This document shows positions 29,257 through 37,285 of a stretch of DNA of 64,000 nucleotides, piece by piece; the first letter of the stretch is position 1; every line of letters starts with the position of its first letter. Source of the DNA: an uncultured Collinsella sp. Lineage in GTDB: Bacteria > Actinomycetota > Coriobacteriia > Coriobacteriales > Coriobacteriaceae. The notes under the pieces are model-generated. The model was not told the origin of the DNA and ran no database searches. It saw only the letters and a program-made list of their open reading frames with translations. The DNA lies in NCBI GenBank assembly GCA_900540945.1, contig UQHQ01000005.1, forward strand, positions 29,749-93,748, in the 5' to 3' direction. A program made the translations under genes and the position numbers.

Positions 29257-29404
29257 AAGTTCAATTGGTGCGGCGTATAGGATTCCGCGCATCCGCTTCG
29301 CGGATCCGCGCCGGCTTCGCCCGCCTGCCGGCGTGCTCGCCCGCTCGCTACGGACGCTCCGCGTCCGCTTTACGCTCGCGCCTCGACCGAGGTTCGAATC
29401 CATG
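29257..29404. repeat. Chimeric pseudo-tRNA unit A: 19-nt tRNA-Arg 3' fragment (29257-29275) fused to an about 125-nt GC-rich structured element containing an inverted T-loop mimic
   Basis: tggtgcggcgtataggatt | ccgcgcatccgcttcgcggatccgcgcc...cggacgctccgcgtccg...cgaccgaggttcgaatccatggg. Flanked on both sides by the shared terminator hairpin. Confidence 0.7.
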
Positions 29405-29405
29405 G

Positions 29406-29446
29406 GATGCCGGCGTAAAAGAAAAGCCTCCGTTGCCGGAGGCTTC
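29406..29446 (-). terminator. Terminator hairpin + T-run after tRNA-Arg copy 1
   Basis: On minus: CCA-attgaacttga-agcctccggcaacggaggct-tttcttttac. Confidence 0.6.
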
Positions 29447-29523
29447 AAGTTCAATTGGTGCGGCGTATAGGATTCGAACCTATGACGTTCTGATTCGTAG
29501 TCAGACCCTCTATCCAGCTGAGG
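29447..29523 (-). tRNA. tRNA-Arg (anticodon ACG), copy 1, CCA encoded
   Basis: GCGGCGT-TA-CCTC-AGCTGGATA-GAGG-G-TCTGA-CTACGAA-TCAGA-ACGTC-ATAGG-TTCGAAT-CCTAT-ACGCCGC-A-CCA. Confidence 0.92.
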
Positions 29524-29535
29524 TAACGCCGCGAC

Positions 29536-29564
29536 TTGTTGATTATTATGCACATGGACTGAAT
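29536..29564 (-). promoter_or_regulatory. Sigma-70-like promoter for tRNA-Arg copy 1 (TTGACC-N17-CATAAT on the minus strand)
   Basis: Revcomp reads cTTGACCattattcagtccatgtgCATAATaat, then about 7 nt to the tRNA 5' end. Confidence 0.6.
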
Positions 29565-29681
29565 AATGGTCAAGCGTTTTTTCAAAAAAAGTTATCGAAT
29601 TTGATTTTTACTCATTTGGAGCACTTGGCGCGATCCTCGACGTATCGCGATATAAGAAAAGCCCCCGTTGCCGGGAGCTTC

Positions 29682-29830
29682 AAGATCAATTGGTGCGGCG
29701 TATAGGATTCCGCGCATCCGCTGCGCGAATCCGCGCCGGCTTCGCCCGCCTGCCGGCGTGCTCGCCCGCTCGCTGAAAACGCTCCGCGTTTTCTTGACGC
29801 TCGCGCCTCGACCGAGGTTCGAATCTCCGC
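29682..29830. repeat. Chimeric pseudo-tRNA unit B: 19-nt tRNA-Arg 3' fragment (29682-29700) fused to an about 130-nt GC-rich structured element. On the plus strand it ends in T-arm-like gaggttcgaatctcc + gcaatgct-c-cca.
   Basis: About 90% identical to unit A. The central hairpin gaaaacgc-tcc-gcgttttc (unit A: cggacgc-tcc-gcgtccg) shows compensatory changes. Confidence 0.7.
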
Positions 29831-29871
29831 AATGCTCCCATATAAGAAAAGCCCCCGTTGCCGGGAGCTTT
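29830..29871 (-). terminator. Terminator hairpin + T-run after tRNA-Arg copy 2
   Basis: aagctcccggcaacgggggctt + ttcttatat on minus. Confidence 0.6.
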
Positions 29872-29948
29872 AAAGTCAATTGGTGCGGCGTATAGGATTC
29901 GAACCTATGACGTTCTGATTCGTAGTCAGACCCTCTATCCAGCTGAGG
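29872..29948 (-). tRNA. tRNA-Arg (ACG), copy 2, identical to copy 1
   Basis: Identical 77-nt sequence including CCA. Confidence 0.92.
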
Positions 29949-29960
29949 TAACGCCGCAAC

Positions 29961-29989
29961 GCACGGATTATTATGCACGCGAGCCCCCG
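29961..29989 (-). promoter_or_regulatory. Promoter for tRNA-Arg copy 2 (TTGACC-N17-CATAAT)
   Basis: Revcomp reads gcTTGACCcatcgggggctcgcgtgCATAATaatccgtgcgt-GCGGCG. Confidence 0.6.
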
Positions 29990-30036
29990 ATGGGTCAAGC
30001 GACAATTTGAAAAAATTTTACGGAGTGGTGATTAGG

Positions 30037-30065
30037 CTGTTCACACCCCGACCGAGGTTCGAATC
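30037..30065. repeat. Short partial copy of the element end with T-loop mimic
   Basis: ccccgaccgaggttcgaatccatgcatgg. Confidence 0.5.
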
Positions 30066-30069
30066 CATG

Positions 30070-30111
30070 CATGGTTTCCAAAAAAGAAAAGCCCCCGTTG
30101 CCGGAGGCTTC
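30070..30111 (-). terminator. Terminator hairpin + T-run after tRNA-Arg copy 3
   Basis: aagcctccggcaacgggggctt + ttcttttttgg on minus. Confidence 0.6.
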
Positions 30112-30188
30112 AAGTTCGATTGGTGCGGCGTATAGGATTCGAACCTATGACGTTCTGATTCGTAGTCAGACCCTCTATCCAGCTGAGG
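30112..30188 (-). tRNA. tRNA-Arg (ACG), copy 3, identical
   Basis: Identical 77-nt sequence. Upstream TTGACT...TTTATA promoter-like sequence at 30196-30235. Confidence 0.92.
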
Positions 30189-30271
30189 TAACGCCGCAGC
30201 GCAAGTCATATAAAACCACTTTAGTTAGTTGGAGTCAAGCACAATCTCAAACTTTTTTGAGAATATGTTCC

Positions 30272-30649
30272 TTACGCAGCTCCGCATGCGCCAGCGTCCC
30301 CCATGCGATCAATCGGTTTTTCAACCACATCGAACCCGGCACCGAGCTCCCTCAAAAGCGAGCGCACCCGCTGGGCACAGTCATAATCGGCAAACGAGAT
30401 GCTCAGCATGCGCGCGACCTGGTTAGAAGTCCCAACTCCATAGAACCGCTCAAGCGTCACAAGCCCCTCGTGCGTCACAAAAGTCTCGACTACATGCGAC
30501 GACTCCTCAAAACACCATTGGGTCAACGGGCCCTCGCTCGTCTGCCGCACCACCAAACCACCCACACCCGATGGCTCACACGTAACTAGTAAGTGCTCCC
30601 CACCTTCATCGCTCTCAAACAAAACTACCCGCTCATCAAACAGCTCCAT
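30272..30649 (-). CDS. Hypothetical small protein (125 aa)
   Basis: ORF with coding-like composition between the tRNA-Arg array and serS. No recognisable motif. Confidence 0.35.
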   Translation of the reverse strand: MELFDERVVLFESDEGGEHLLVTCEPSGVGGLVVRQTSEGPLTQWCFEESSHVVETFVTHEGLVTLERFYGVGTSNQVARMLSISFADYDCAQRVRSLLRELGAGFDVVEKPIDRMGDAGACGAA

Positions 30650-30769
30650 CGCATCCCCTTCCTCTCGCTTCTATTTAACATAAGCATAGCAGGTAGATGG
30701 CTGTATACAGAACGTTTGTTCGTGTGTTTTCTATTGAGCTGTCCGCACGATATGGTATAGCTCCGCACA

Positions 30770-30812
30770 CAAAAAGGGCGCCCCAGAAAGGAGCGCCCTT
30801 GCAAATCGCTTA
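30770..30812 (-). terminator. Terminator downstream of serS
   Basis: On minus aagggcgctcctttctggggcgccctt + tttgtgtg. Confidence 0.6.
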
Positions 30813-30822
30813 TGTAGGCAAC

Positions 30823-32106
30823 CTACGCGACCGGCTCGATCTTCTCGAGGCCGCCCATGTAAGGACGAAGAACCTCGGGAATCGTGATGGTGCCGTCGGC
30901 GTTCTGGTAGTTCTCCAGGATGGCGGCCATGGTGCGGCCAGCCGGCAGGCCGGAACCGTTGAGGGTGTGCAGGTAGCGCGAGCCCTTGAAGTTCTCGGGG
31001 TCGCGATACTTGATGTTAGCGCGACGGGCCTGGAAGTCGCCGCAGTTGGAGCAGGAGCTGATCTCCTTGTAGGCGTTGTAGCTCGGCAGCCAGACCTCGA
31101 TGTCGTAGGTCTGACGGGCAGAGAAGCCCAGGTCGCCGGTGCACAGGCTAATCACGCGATACGGAAGGCCCAGCTGCTGCAGCAGGTACTCGGCCTCGGC
31201 GGTCATGCTCTCGAGCTCCTCGTCGGACTCCTCCGGCTTGGCAAACTTGACCATCTCGACCTTGTCGAACTCGTGCTGGCGAATGATGCCGCGAGTGTCG
31301 CGACCAGCGGAGCCGGCCTCCTCGCGGAAGCAGGGGGTGAAGGCGGTGTAGCGGCGCGGCAGGGTATCAGCATCGAGAACCTCGCCGGCGTGCAGGTTGG
31401 TAAGCACGACCTCGGCGGTGGGGATCAGGAAGTTGTCGCCCGAGACGTGATAGGCGTCGTCCTCGAACTTGGGCAGCTGACCCGTGCCAAACATGGTCTG
31501 ACGCTTGACGACGATGGGCGGCCACCACTCCTTAAAGCCACGGCTGGTGTGCGTGTCAAGGAAGAAGTTGATGAGGGCGCGCTCAAGACGGGCGCCGGCG
31601 CCACCGAGAACGGTAAAGCGGCTACCGGAGAGCTTGTTGCCGCGCTCGAAATCGAGGATGTCGAGGTCGGTGCCCAGGTCCCAGTGCGGCTTAAAGTCGA
31701 AGTCGAACTCGCGCGGGGTGCCCCAACGACGGCGCTCGATGTTCTCGTCCTCGTCCTTGCCGTACGGCGTGGCCTCGCAAGGGATGTTGGGAAGGTGAGC
31801 CATAAAGTCGTACTGCTCCTGCTCGAGAGCGGTGCGGCGCTCGGCCAGACCGTCAATCTTCTCGTTGACGGCGCGCACGGCCTCCTTGGCGGCCTCGGCC
31901 TCGTCCTTCTTGCCCTCCTTCATCAGGGCGCCGATCTTCTTGGACTCGGCATTACGCGTGGCCTGGAGCTCCTCGACCTCGGTGATGACGGCACGGCGCT
32001 CGTCGTCGAGCTCGAAGAACTTCTCTCGGTCCCAAGACGTCTGGCGGTTGGCCATGGCGGTATCGATGGCATCGGGGTTCTCGCGAACAAACTTGATATC
32101 AAGCAT
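30823..32106 (-). CDS. serS: Serine--tRNA ligase. The track ORF starts at 32133, but the conserved N-terminus [10 protein letters not shown] begins at 32106.
   Basis: N-terminal coiled-coil, class II motifs ([23 protein letters not shown]). Confidence 0.93.
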   Translation of the reverse strand: MLDIKFVRENPDAIDTAMANRQTSWDREKFFELDDERRAVITEVEELQATRNAESKKIGALMKEGKKDEAEAAKEAVRAVNEKIDGLAERRTALEQEQYDFMAHLPNIPCEATPYGKDEDENIERRRWGTPREFDFDFKPHWDLGTDLDILDFERGNKLSGSRFTVLGGAGARLERALINFFLDTHTSRGFKEWWPPIVVKRQTMFGTGQLPKFEDDAYHVSGDNFLIPTAEVVLTNLHAGEVLDADTLPRRYTAFTPCFREEAGSAGRDTRGIIRQHEFDKVEMVKFAKPEESDEELESMTAEAEYLLQQLGLPYRVISLCTGDLGFSARQTYDIEVWLPSYNAYKEISSCSNCGDFQARRANIKYRDPENFKGSRYLHTLNGSGLPAGRTMAAILENYQNADGTITIPEVLRPYMGGLEKIEPVA

Positions 32107-32217
32107 TAGATCCTCCGGCGATATACATTCCATTTAGGTTGCAACCTTGTACATGTATGGGCAAGTATATACTTATGAGCGTTTACGACCCAACCCAACT
32201 ACGCAAGAAGGCACCCA

Positions 32218-32391
32218 ATGGACGCAGTTTTTTCCTTTTTGTTTGGCACCCGCACCGGTTTTGCCATCCTTTTCGCCGGCGGCATCCTACTGTTTGCGAT
32301 TCTTGCCTTTGTAATGGAGAAGCGCACCCATAAGATGTATGTCGACCGCGGCCCCAAGGACGAGGACGATCAAGACAGCTTCTGGGACTAA
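32218..32391 (+). CDS. Possible small membrane protein (57 aa), below the track threshold
   Basis: ATG at 32218, MDAVFSFLFGTRTGFAILFAGGILLFAILAFVMEKRTHKMYVDRGPKDEDDQDSFWD, one TM helix, followed by the terminator at 32446-32498. Weak RBS. Confidence 0.3.
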   Translation: MDAVFSFLFGTRTGFAILFAGGILLFAILAFVMEKRTHKMYVDRGPKDEDDQDSFWD

Positions 32392-32445
32392 CCTGCCAAA
32401 AAGGGACTGGTTTATTTTGGTCGGTTTTATCTGGGCAAACGCAAG

Positions 32446-32498
32446 CGCCTCGCAACTGGAATTGAGCCAGTTGCGAGGCGCTTTTTGCTATAGAGATA
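32446..32498 (+). terminator. Rho-independent terminator (15-bp stem) + T-run
   Basis: gcgcctcgcaactgg-aattgag-ccagttgcgaggcgc-tttttgct. Confidence 0.65.
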
Positions 32499-32547
32499 AA
32501 ACCGCAGGAAAACCTGCCAAAATAAACCTGTCCCTAAATGGCAGGTT

Positions 32548-33318
32548 TTACTGGAGGGTGGCGTCGATGGCCTTGACCAGGGCGCTGCGCATGCCGGCGT
32601 CCTCGAGCGCGACGACGCCCTTGATGGTGGCGCCACCGGGTGAGCATACGGCATCCTTCATCGCCGCAGGATGCTGGCCAGTCGCAAGCTGTAGCTTTGC
32701 CGTGCCCAGCACCATCTGGCTCACAATGCGATAGGCATCGGCGCGCGGGATACCGTGCTTGACGGCCGCGTCGCCCAAGGCCTCAATCGCCATGGCGACA
32801 AATGCCGGTGCGCAACCGCCCACGGTACCGCCCACAAACAGCAGACTCGAATCGAGCTCGACGACGGTGCCAAGCTTTCCGAGCAGACCGAGCACCGTGG
32901 CACGCTGCTCATCGCTAAGCGTGGAAGCCTTCTCGCAGGCGATAACGCCCTCGCCCACCGAAACCGGTGTGTTGGGCACCGTCGAGATGTGTGCGACACC
33001 CGGCAGGACCTGCTCCCACTTGGCGCTATCCCAGGTCCAGGCGACCGAAAGGACAACCTTGTCGGCAAGGGTTTCTTTGAGCGGAGCGAAGACCTTCTCA
33101 ATCATGTATGGCTTGACCGCAGCAACCACGATATCGGATGCGGCGACAACCTCCGCCGCATCACGACAGGCAACCATCCCACGTGCCTCACAACGCTCGA
33201 CCAAGGCGTCGTAGTGGCCCGCGCAGGCGCACATATCGCTCGCAGCCACACCGGCGGCGATCCAGCCATCGGCCATAGCGCTCGCCATATTGCCAAAACC
33301 GACAAATCCGATCTTCAT
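32548..33318 (-). CDS. proC: Pyrroline-5-carboxylate reductase
   Basis: MKIGFVGFGNMASAMADG Rossmann N-terminus, ProC C-terminal dimerisation domain. Confidence 0.9.
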   Translation of the reverse strand: MKIGFVGFGNMASAMADGWIAAGVAASDMCACAGHYDALVERCEARGMVACRDAAEVVAASDIVVAAVKPYMIEKVFAPLKETLADKVVLSVAWTWDSAKWEQVLPGVAHISTVPNTPVSVGEGVIACEKASTLSDEQRATVLGLLGKLGTVVELDSSLLFVGGTVGGCAPAFVAMAIEALGDAAVKHGIPRADAYRIVSQMVLGTAKLQLATGQHPAAMKDAVCSPGGATIKGVVALEDAGMRSALVKAIDATLQ

Positions 33319-33391
33319 ATCTCATAGTCCTCTCAGACACGCTCTTCAAAACGAAGGCTATTGTCCCACGGCATTGTTTCGTATTGCCGAC

Positions 33392-33862
33392 CTATTTGTG
33401 ATACGGCTCGCCACGGCTGATCTTGCAGGCGCGGTAGATTTGCTCCAGCAGCACCACGCGCGCCAAGTTGTGCGGCAAGGTAATACGTCCAAAGCTGAGC
33501 ATCTCGTCGGCTCGTGTGCGCACGTCATCGCTCACGCCGTCCGATCCACCAATCACAAAGGCGATGTCGCTGTTACCACGCAGCATAAGATCGTCGAGCC
33601 GCGCCGAAAGCTCCTCGCTCGAGCGCTCTTTGCCCTCAATGGCAAGCAGGATCACATGCGCTCGAGGCGGCAGGGCTGCGAGAATCGCCGCACCCTCCTT
33701 GTCGCGTGCGGCATCCACGCCGCCCGCCTTAGCCGGGTCGATATCGGCCACCTCGCGGATATCCACCTTGGCATAGGCACCTAGGCGCTTGGTGTACTCA
33801 GCGCACGCGTCCTTCCAAAAGCGCTCCTTGAGCTTACCGACGCAAACGACGGTGTATTTCAC
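33392..33862 (-). CDS. rlmH: 23S rRNA (pseudouridine1915-N3)-methyltransferase RlmH (SPOUT)
   Basis: 156 aa. MKYTVVCVGKLKERF... C-terminal knot region LPHNLARVVLLEQIYRA. Confidence 0.9.
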   Translation of the reverse strand: MKYTVVCVGKLKERFWKDACAEYTKRLGAYAKVDIREVADIDPAKAGGVDAARDKEGAAILAALPPRAHVILLAIEGKERSSEELSARLDDLMLRGNSDIAFVIGGSDGVSDDVRTRADEMLSFGRITLPHNLARVVLLEQIYRACKISRGEPYHK

Positions 33863-33868
33863 GCGCGT

Positions 33869-34810
33869 CTACTCCTTCGAATCGTTTTGAACTTTGCTGG
33901 CGGTCAGCATCTGCTCGAACATCGAGGCCGACTGCGAGAAATCGCTCGGCAGTACGACCGTCGATGTTTTACCCGTGCGAGCGAACTCTGTCATCATCTC
34001 GGACCACTGCGTAAACATGAACAGCTGGTTGGCCTCGTCGTTACCGACACCCGTCTCCTGGATGATCTCGAGCGAATCCTTGATGCCCAGCGCGATGGCC
34101 TTGCGCTGGTTGGCGATGCCTTCGCCCGCCTTTTCCATCGCCTCGGCCTCGGCGGTCGCCTCGGTGACGCGCTTGATGCGGTCGGCCTCGGCGAGCTCCT
34201 GCGCAGCAGCGCGCTTTCGCTGGGCAGCATTGATGTCGTTCATGGAGTTCTCGACCTCGGTCGGCAGCGCGATCTTGGTGATGAGTGTCGACACGAGGGT
34301 AAAGCCGTAGGCAGCCATCTGCTCGGACACGGTGGCATTAACGTCCTTGGCGATGTCATCCTTCTTGGCAAAGACCTCATCGAGCGTATAGACAGGGATG
34401 GAAGAGCGCAGGGCGTCGGTGATGAAATCACGCATCTGGTCGACGGGCTCCTGCAGCATGTAGTAGCTCTTGTAGATGCCCGAATCTGCCGGGCCGGCGC
34501 CCATGTCATAGCTCACGTGGTACTGAGCAGAGACCTCAAGGCCGATGGTCACGTTGTCCTGGGTCTTAACGTCGATGCCAAAACCGTTTTTCATGGTGCG
34601 CAGACTCACCGTGGCGGCCTTGCGGTCGATCACGGGCACCTTCATGTGGAAGCCCGCGTTGACGATGCGGTTAAACTTGCCCAGACGCTCGATGATCACG
34701 GCATGCTGCTGTTCAACGACATAGCAGGCGTTGGGGAGCAGCAGCAACAAAATGATGATGGGAAGTAGAAAGCTCGTAAGAGCAGCGATAATACCGGACA
34801 ACAGCATGGT
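33869..34810 (-). CDS. SPFH/band-7 (stomatin/prohibitin-like) membrane protein. Likely start at about 34810.
   Basis: N-terminal TM, SPFH core VIIERLGKFNRIVNAGFHMKVPVIDR, C-terminal coiled coil. Confidence 0.8.
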   Translation of the reverse strand, partial: TMLLSGIIAALTSFLLPIIILLLLLPNACYVVEQQHAVIIERLGKFNRIVNAGFHMKVPVIDRKAATVSLRTMKNGFGIDVKTQDNVTIGLEVSAQYHVSYDMGAGPADSGIYKSYYMLQEPVDQMRDFITDALRSSIPVYTLDEVFAKKDDIAKDVNATVSEQMAAYGFTLVSTLITKIALPTEVENSMNDINAAQRKRAAAQELAEADRIKRVTEATAEAEAMEKAGEGIANQRKAIALGIKDSLEIIQETGVGNDEANQLFMFTQWSEMMTEFARTGKTSTVVLPSDFSQSASMFEQMLTASKVQNDSKE

Positions 34811-34883
34811 CTCTCCTCTGATAGGCACACGTTGGCACTAGGATACCCATCTCAGACCCTCACACGATCCCGACGAGAGGAGC

Positions 34884-35098
34884 CGTGGACAAAAAAGTCC
34901 AAATATGAGTACTGCTACCAGTTTAGTAACAGCGTTTTAAAGACCAAAACGCACTGTTGGACCAAGATTCCTTTCAAATTGACTCAGTTCAGCTCAAGGC
35001 AGTGTTAAGTTAGCAAACATTTGTTGCGTAAATAGTGCAATGATCACCTTTGAAAATGTGATTCATTTAGTGACAGTACTCATATTTGACATTTTTTG
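34884..35098. mobile_element. MITE-like element: about 215-bp AT-rich segment bounded by 24-bp terminal inverted repeats
   Basis: TIRs caaaaaagtccaaatatgagtactg / cagtactcatatttgacattttttg (1 mismatch). The interior is AT-rich with nested inverted repeats and no ORF. Confidence 0.55.
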
Positions 35099-35148
35099 CC
35101 CCACAGGAAGCTTCGCTATACGAGGACCCTATGTCACATCTGTCAATT

Positions 35149-35240
35149 CGCCTGCCAGCGGACTCGCCAGCTCGCTAAAAACGCTCCGCGTTTTCTTTGC
35201 GCTCGCTCCTTCACAGGTTCAAGTCCCCGTGATGGGCCCA
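35149..35240. repeat. tRNA-linked GC-rich structured element (Leu-locus copy), ending on plus in the T-arm mimic caggttcaagtcc + gtgatgggccca
   Basis: cgcctgccagcggactcgccagctcgctaaaaacgctccgcgttttctttgcgctcgc... aligns with the Arg-locus copies over about 85 nt. The T-loop TTCAAGT matches the tRNA-Leu T-loop rather than the Arg one. Confidence 0.65.
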
Positions 35241-35280
35241 TAACAAAAAAGCTCCCATTGCTGGGAGCTCTTTCAATCAA
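35241..35280 (-). terminator. Terminator hairpin + T-run after tRNA-Leu
   Basis: On minus: CCA-ttgattgaaa-gagctcccagcaatgggagctc-ttttttgttat. Confidence 0.65.
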
Positions 35281-35367
35281 TGGTGCGGGCGAAAGGACTT
35301 GAACCTTCATGGGGTTGCCCCCATACGGACCTGAACCGTACGCGTCTGCCAATTCCGCCACGCCCGC
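35281..35367 (-). tRNA. tRNA-Leu (anticodon CAG), type II, CCA encoded
   Basis: GCGGGCG acceptor, anticodon loop TTCAGGT, variable arm ATGGGGGCAACCCCATG, T-arm GAAGGTTCAAGTCCTTT, CGCCCGC-A-CCA. Confidence 0.9.
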
Positions 35368-35410
35368 GTGCAGGAATTAGAATAACGGAGCGCTACCGCG
35401 AACGCAAGAA

Positions 35411-36328
35411 CTATTTTTGAAAAAGTTTGCAGGCATTTTCCCAAGCTGCTCGCGCGATTGCCTCAGCATCCTCGCCGGTACGATCGACACGGTCGTTGAC
35501 CAGCGTGTTTGCCGTGATAGAAATCATTGCCGGCTCGCACTCAAGACCACGAATGGGCTCCGGTGCCATATACGGGCAATCCGTCTCGAACAAAATGCGA
35601 TCGAGCGGGGTCGCCGCAAATGCCTCGCGCACGTCGTCGTTGCGCTTAAAGGTGGCCGCGCCGCCATAGGCGATATAGCAGCCCAAACCCACAAAGCGCT
35701 CCATCGTAGCTCGATCCTCGCCAAAGCAGTGCAGCACGCAACCGGCCTGAGGCACGCCTACCTCGCGCAGCACGTTGTACGCATCAACGTGCGAAGTGCG
35801 CTCCCCATCCGAGTCCTCGTGCCGCAGGTGCAGCTCCACCGGCACATTGCGGCGCACGGCAACTTCGAGCTGACGCGCCATGCAATCAATCTGCACACTG
35901 TGGGGCGCCGGCGCGATGTCGTCGTCGTAATCCATGTGATAGTCCAGACCGATCTCGCCGATGCCAACGCACAAAGGGTCATCAAGCGCAGCAACAACCT
36001 GTGCGTGAATGTCGTCGGTATAATCCGGCGCGCCATAGGGGTGAACGCCAACGAGATACTTGATCTGCGGAATATCCCGCATCGGCAGAATTTCGCGCAC
36101 GAGCCAGTCGCTATAGTCCGTCACGCTGCGCTTGTCGGCGATGGGGTCGAGCATCGTCACCAACAGATCGACGCCCGCGGCTTTGGCGCGCACGAGCGTT
36201 TCGGGCACTTCTTTGCCCCAAAACGAAAGCAGATGCGCATGCGTGTCGGCAAGCGGTGCCAAGGGCACGGGGCAGGCAACAGTCTTCTTTTTCTTGGTAA
36301 ACGTCACGCGTTCGGCATTAAGCGTCAT
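35411..36328 (-). CDS. tatD: TatD family metal-dependent hydrolase/DNase
   Basis: DTHAHL, GEIGLDY and FETDCPYMAP motifs. Confidence 0.9.
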   Translation of the reverse strand: MTLNAERVTFTKKKKTVACPVPLAPLADTHAHLLSFWGKEVPETLVRAKAAGVDLLVTMLDPIADKRSVTDYSDWLVREILPMRDIPQIKYLVGVHPYGAPDYTDDIHAQVVAALDDPLCVGIGEIGLDYHMDYDDDIAPAPHSVQIDCMARQLEVAVRRNVPVELHLRHEDSDGERTSHVDAYNVLREVGVPQAGCVLHCFGEDRATMERFVGLGCYIAYGGAATFKRNDDVREAFAATPLDRILFETDCPYMAPEPIRGLECEPAMISITANTLVNDRVDRTGEDAEAIARAAWENACKLFQK

Positions 36329-37178
36329 GGATTAGCTCCTGGGCCAGGCGGACAAAGTCAGCAACATCAAGCGTCTCGGCGCGCGTGGTGGGTGAGATAC
36401 CGCAAGCCTCAAAGGCGGCATCGAGCACGTCCTTGGCAAAGCCGTTGGCGCTCATGGAATTGCGGATGGTCTTGCGACGCTGAGCAAATGCGGCGTCAAT
36501 CACGCGGGCCACAAACTCGCGATCGAGTCCTTCGGGCACCACGCCGTCAACACGGTCGATACGCACGACGGCCGAGTCCACGTGCGGTGCCGGCATAAAG
36601 CAACGCGGCGGCACCTCAAAGCGACCCGTCACCTGCGCATACAGGCCGAGCTTTGCCGTATAGCCGCCATAGGTCTTATTGCCCGGCACTGCGGCAATGC
36701 GATCGGCAACCTCCTTTTGAACCATGACGACGGCGCGCTTGAGCGCGGGCATCGTCTGGAAGAACTGCAGGATGATCGTCGCCGCCACGTTATAGGGCAG
36801 GTTCGCGACAAATACCGTCGGCTCACCGCCCGCAACCTGCTCAATCTGCTCCGGCGTCACCCTGAGCGCGTCGCCCATGATAAAGCGGAAGTTGGCGTAG
36901 TCAGCGGCATGGGCATCGAGCACCGGCTCGAGCTCGGGGTCGGCCTCGATCGACGTGACGCACGCCGCCTCCTGCAGCAGCGCAAGCGTGAGCGTACCAA
37001 CGCCCGGACCGACCTCGAGCACGCGCTCATCGCCCGCAAGCTCGGAAAGCTCGCAAATGCGCTCAATTACATGGTTGTCGATCAGGAAGTTCTGGCCCAG
37101 GCGATGCTTGGTCGCAAGGCCAAACTCCTCCAGCAGCTCCCTTGTTGCCGTGGGGTTTGCCAAAGGCGAAGTTGTCAT
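36318..37178 (-). CDS. rsmA: 16S rRNA (adenine1518/1519-N6)-dimethyltransferase RsmA/KsgA
   Basis: KHRLGQNFLID, VLEVGPGVGTLT SAM motif. Confidence 0.92.
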   Translation of the reverse strand: MTTSPLANPTATRELLEEFGLATKHRLGQNFLIDNHVIERICELSELAGDERVLEVGPGVGTLTLALLQEAACVTSIEADPELEPVLDAHAADYANFRFIMGDALRVTPEQIEQVAGGEPTVFVANLPYNVAATIILQFFQTMPALKRAVVMVQKEVADRIAAVPGNKTYGGYTAKLGLYAQVTGRFEVPPRCFMPAPHVDSAVVRIDRVDGVVPEGLDREFVARVIDAAFAQRRKTIRNSMSANGFAKDVLDAAFEACGISPTTRAETLDVADFVRLAQELIHDA

Positions 37179-37285
37179 AGTTGCCTCCTTAGCATGGTGG
37201 CGGCGTCTTGAAACAAAAGGGCATGGACCGTTGCGGCCATGCCCTTACATCTAAACAGCAAATTGCCGATATGGCGCGCGGCGGC

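Noticed and set aside
29161-30240. Possible CRISPR array (regular repeats separated by unique sequence)
   Set aside because: The repeats are complete 77-nt tRNA genes with promoters, units vary in length (about 240-430 bp), and no cas genes are nearby.
26340-30240. Integrated prophage or ICE at the tRNA genes (tRNA 3' fragments as att sites)
   Set aside because: No integrase, recombinase or phage gene lies within the window next to the fragments. The fragments are fused to a small structured element, not to a large insert. Kept only as a hypothesis for the element's origin.
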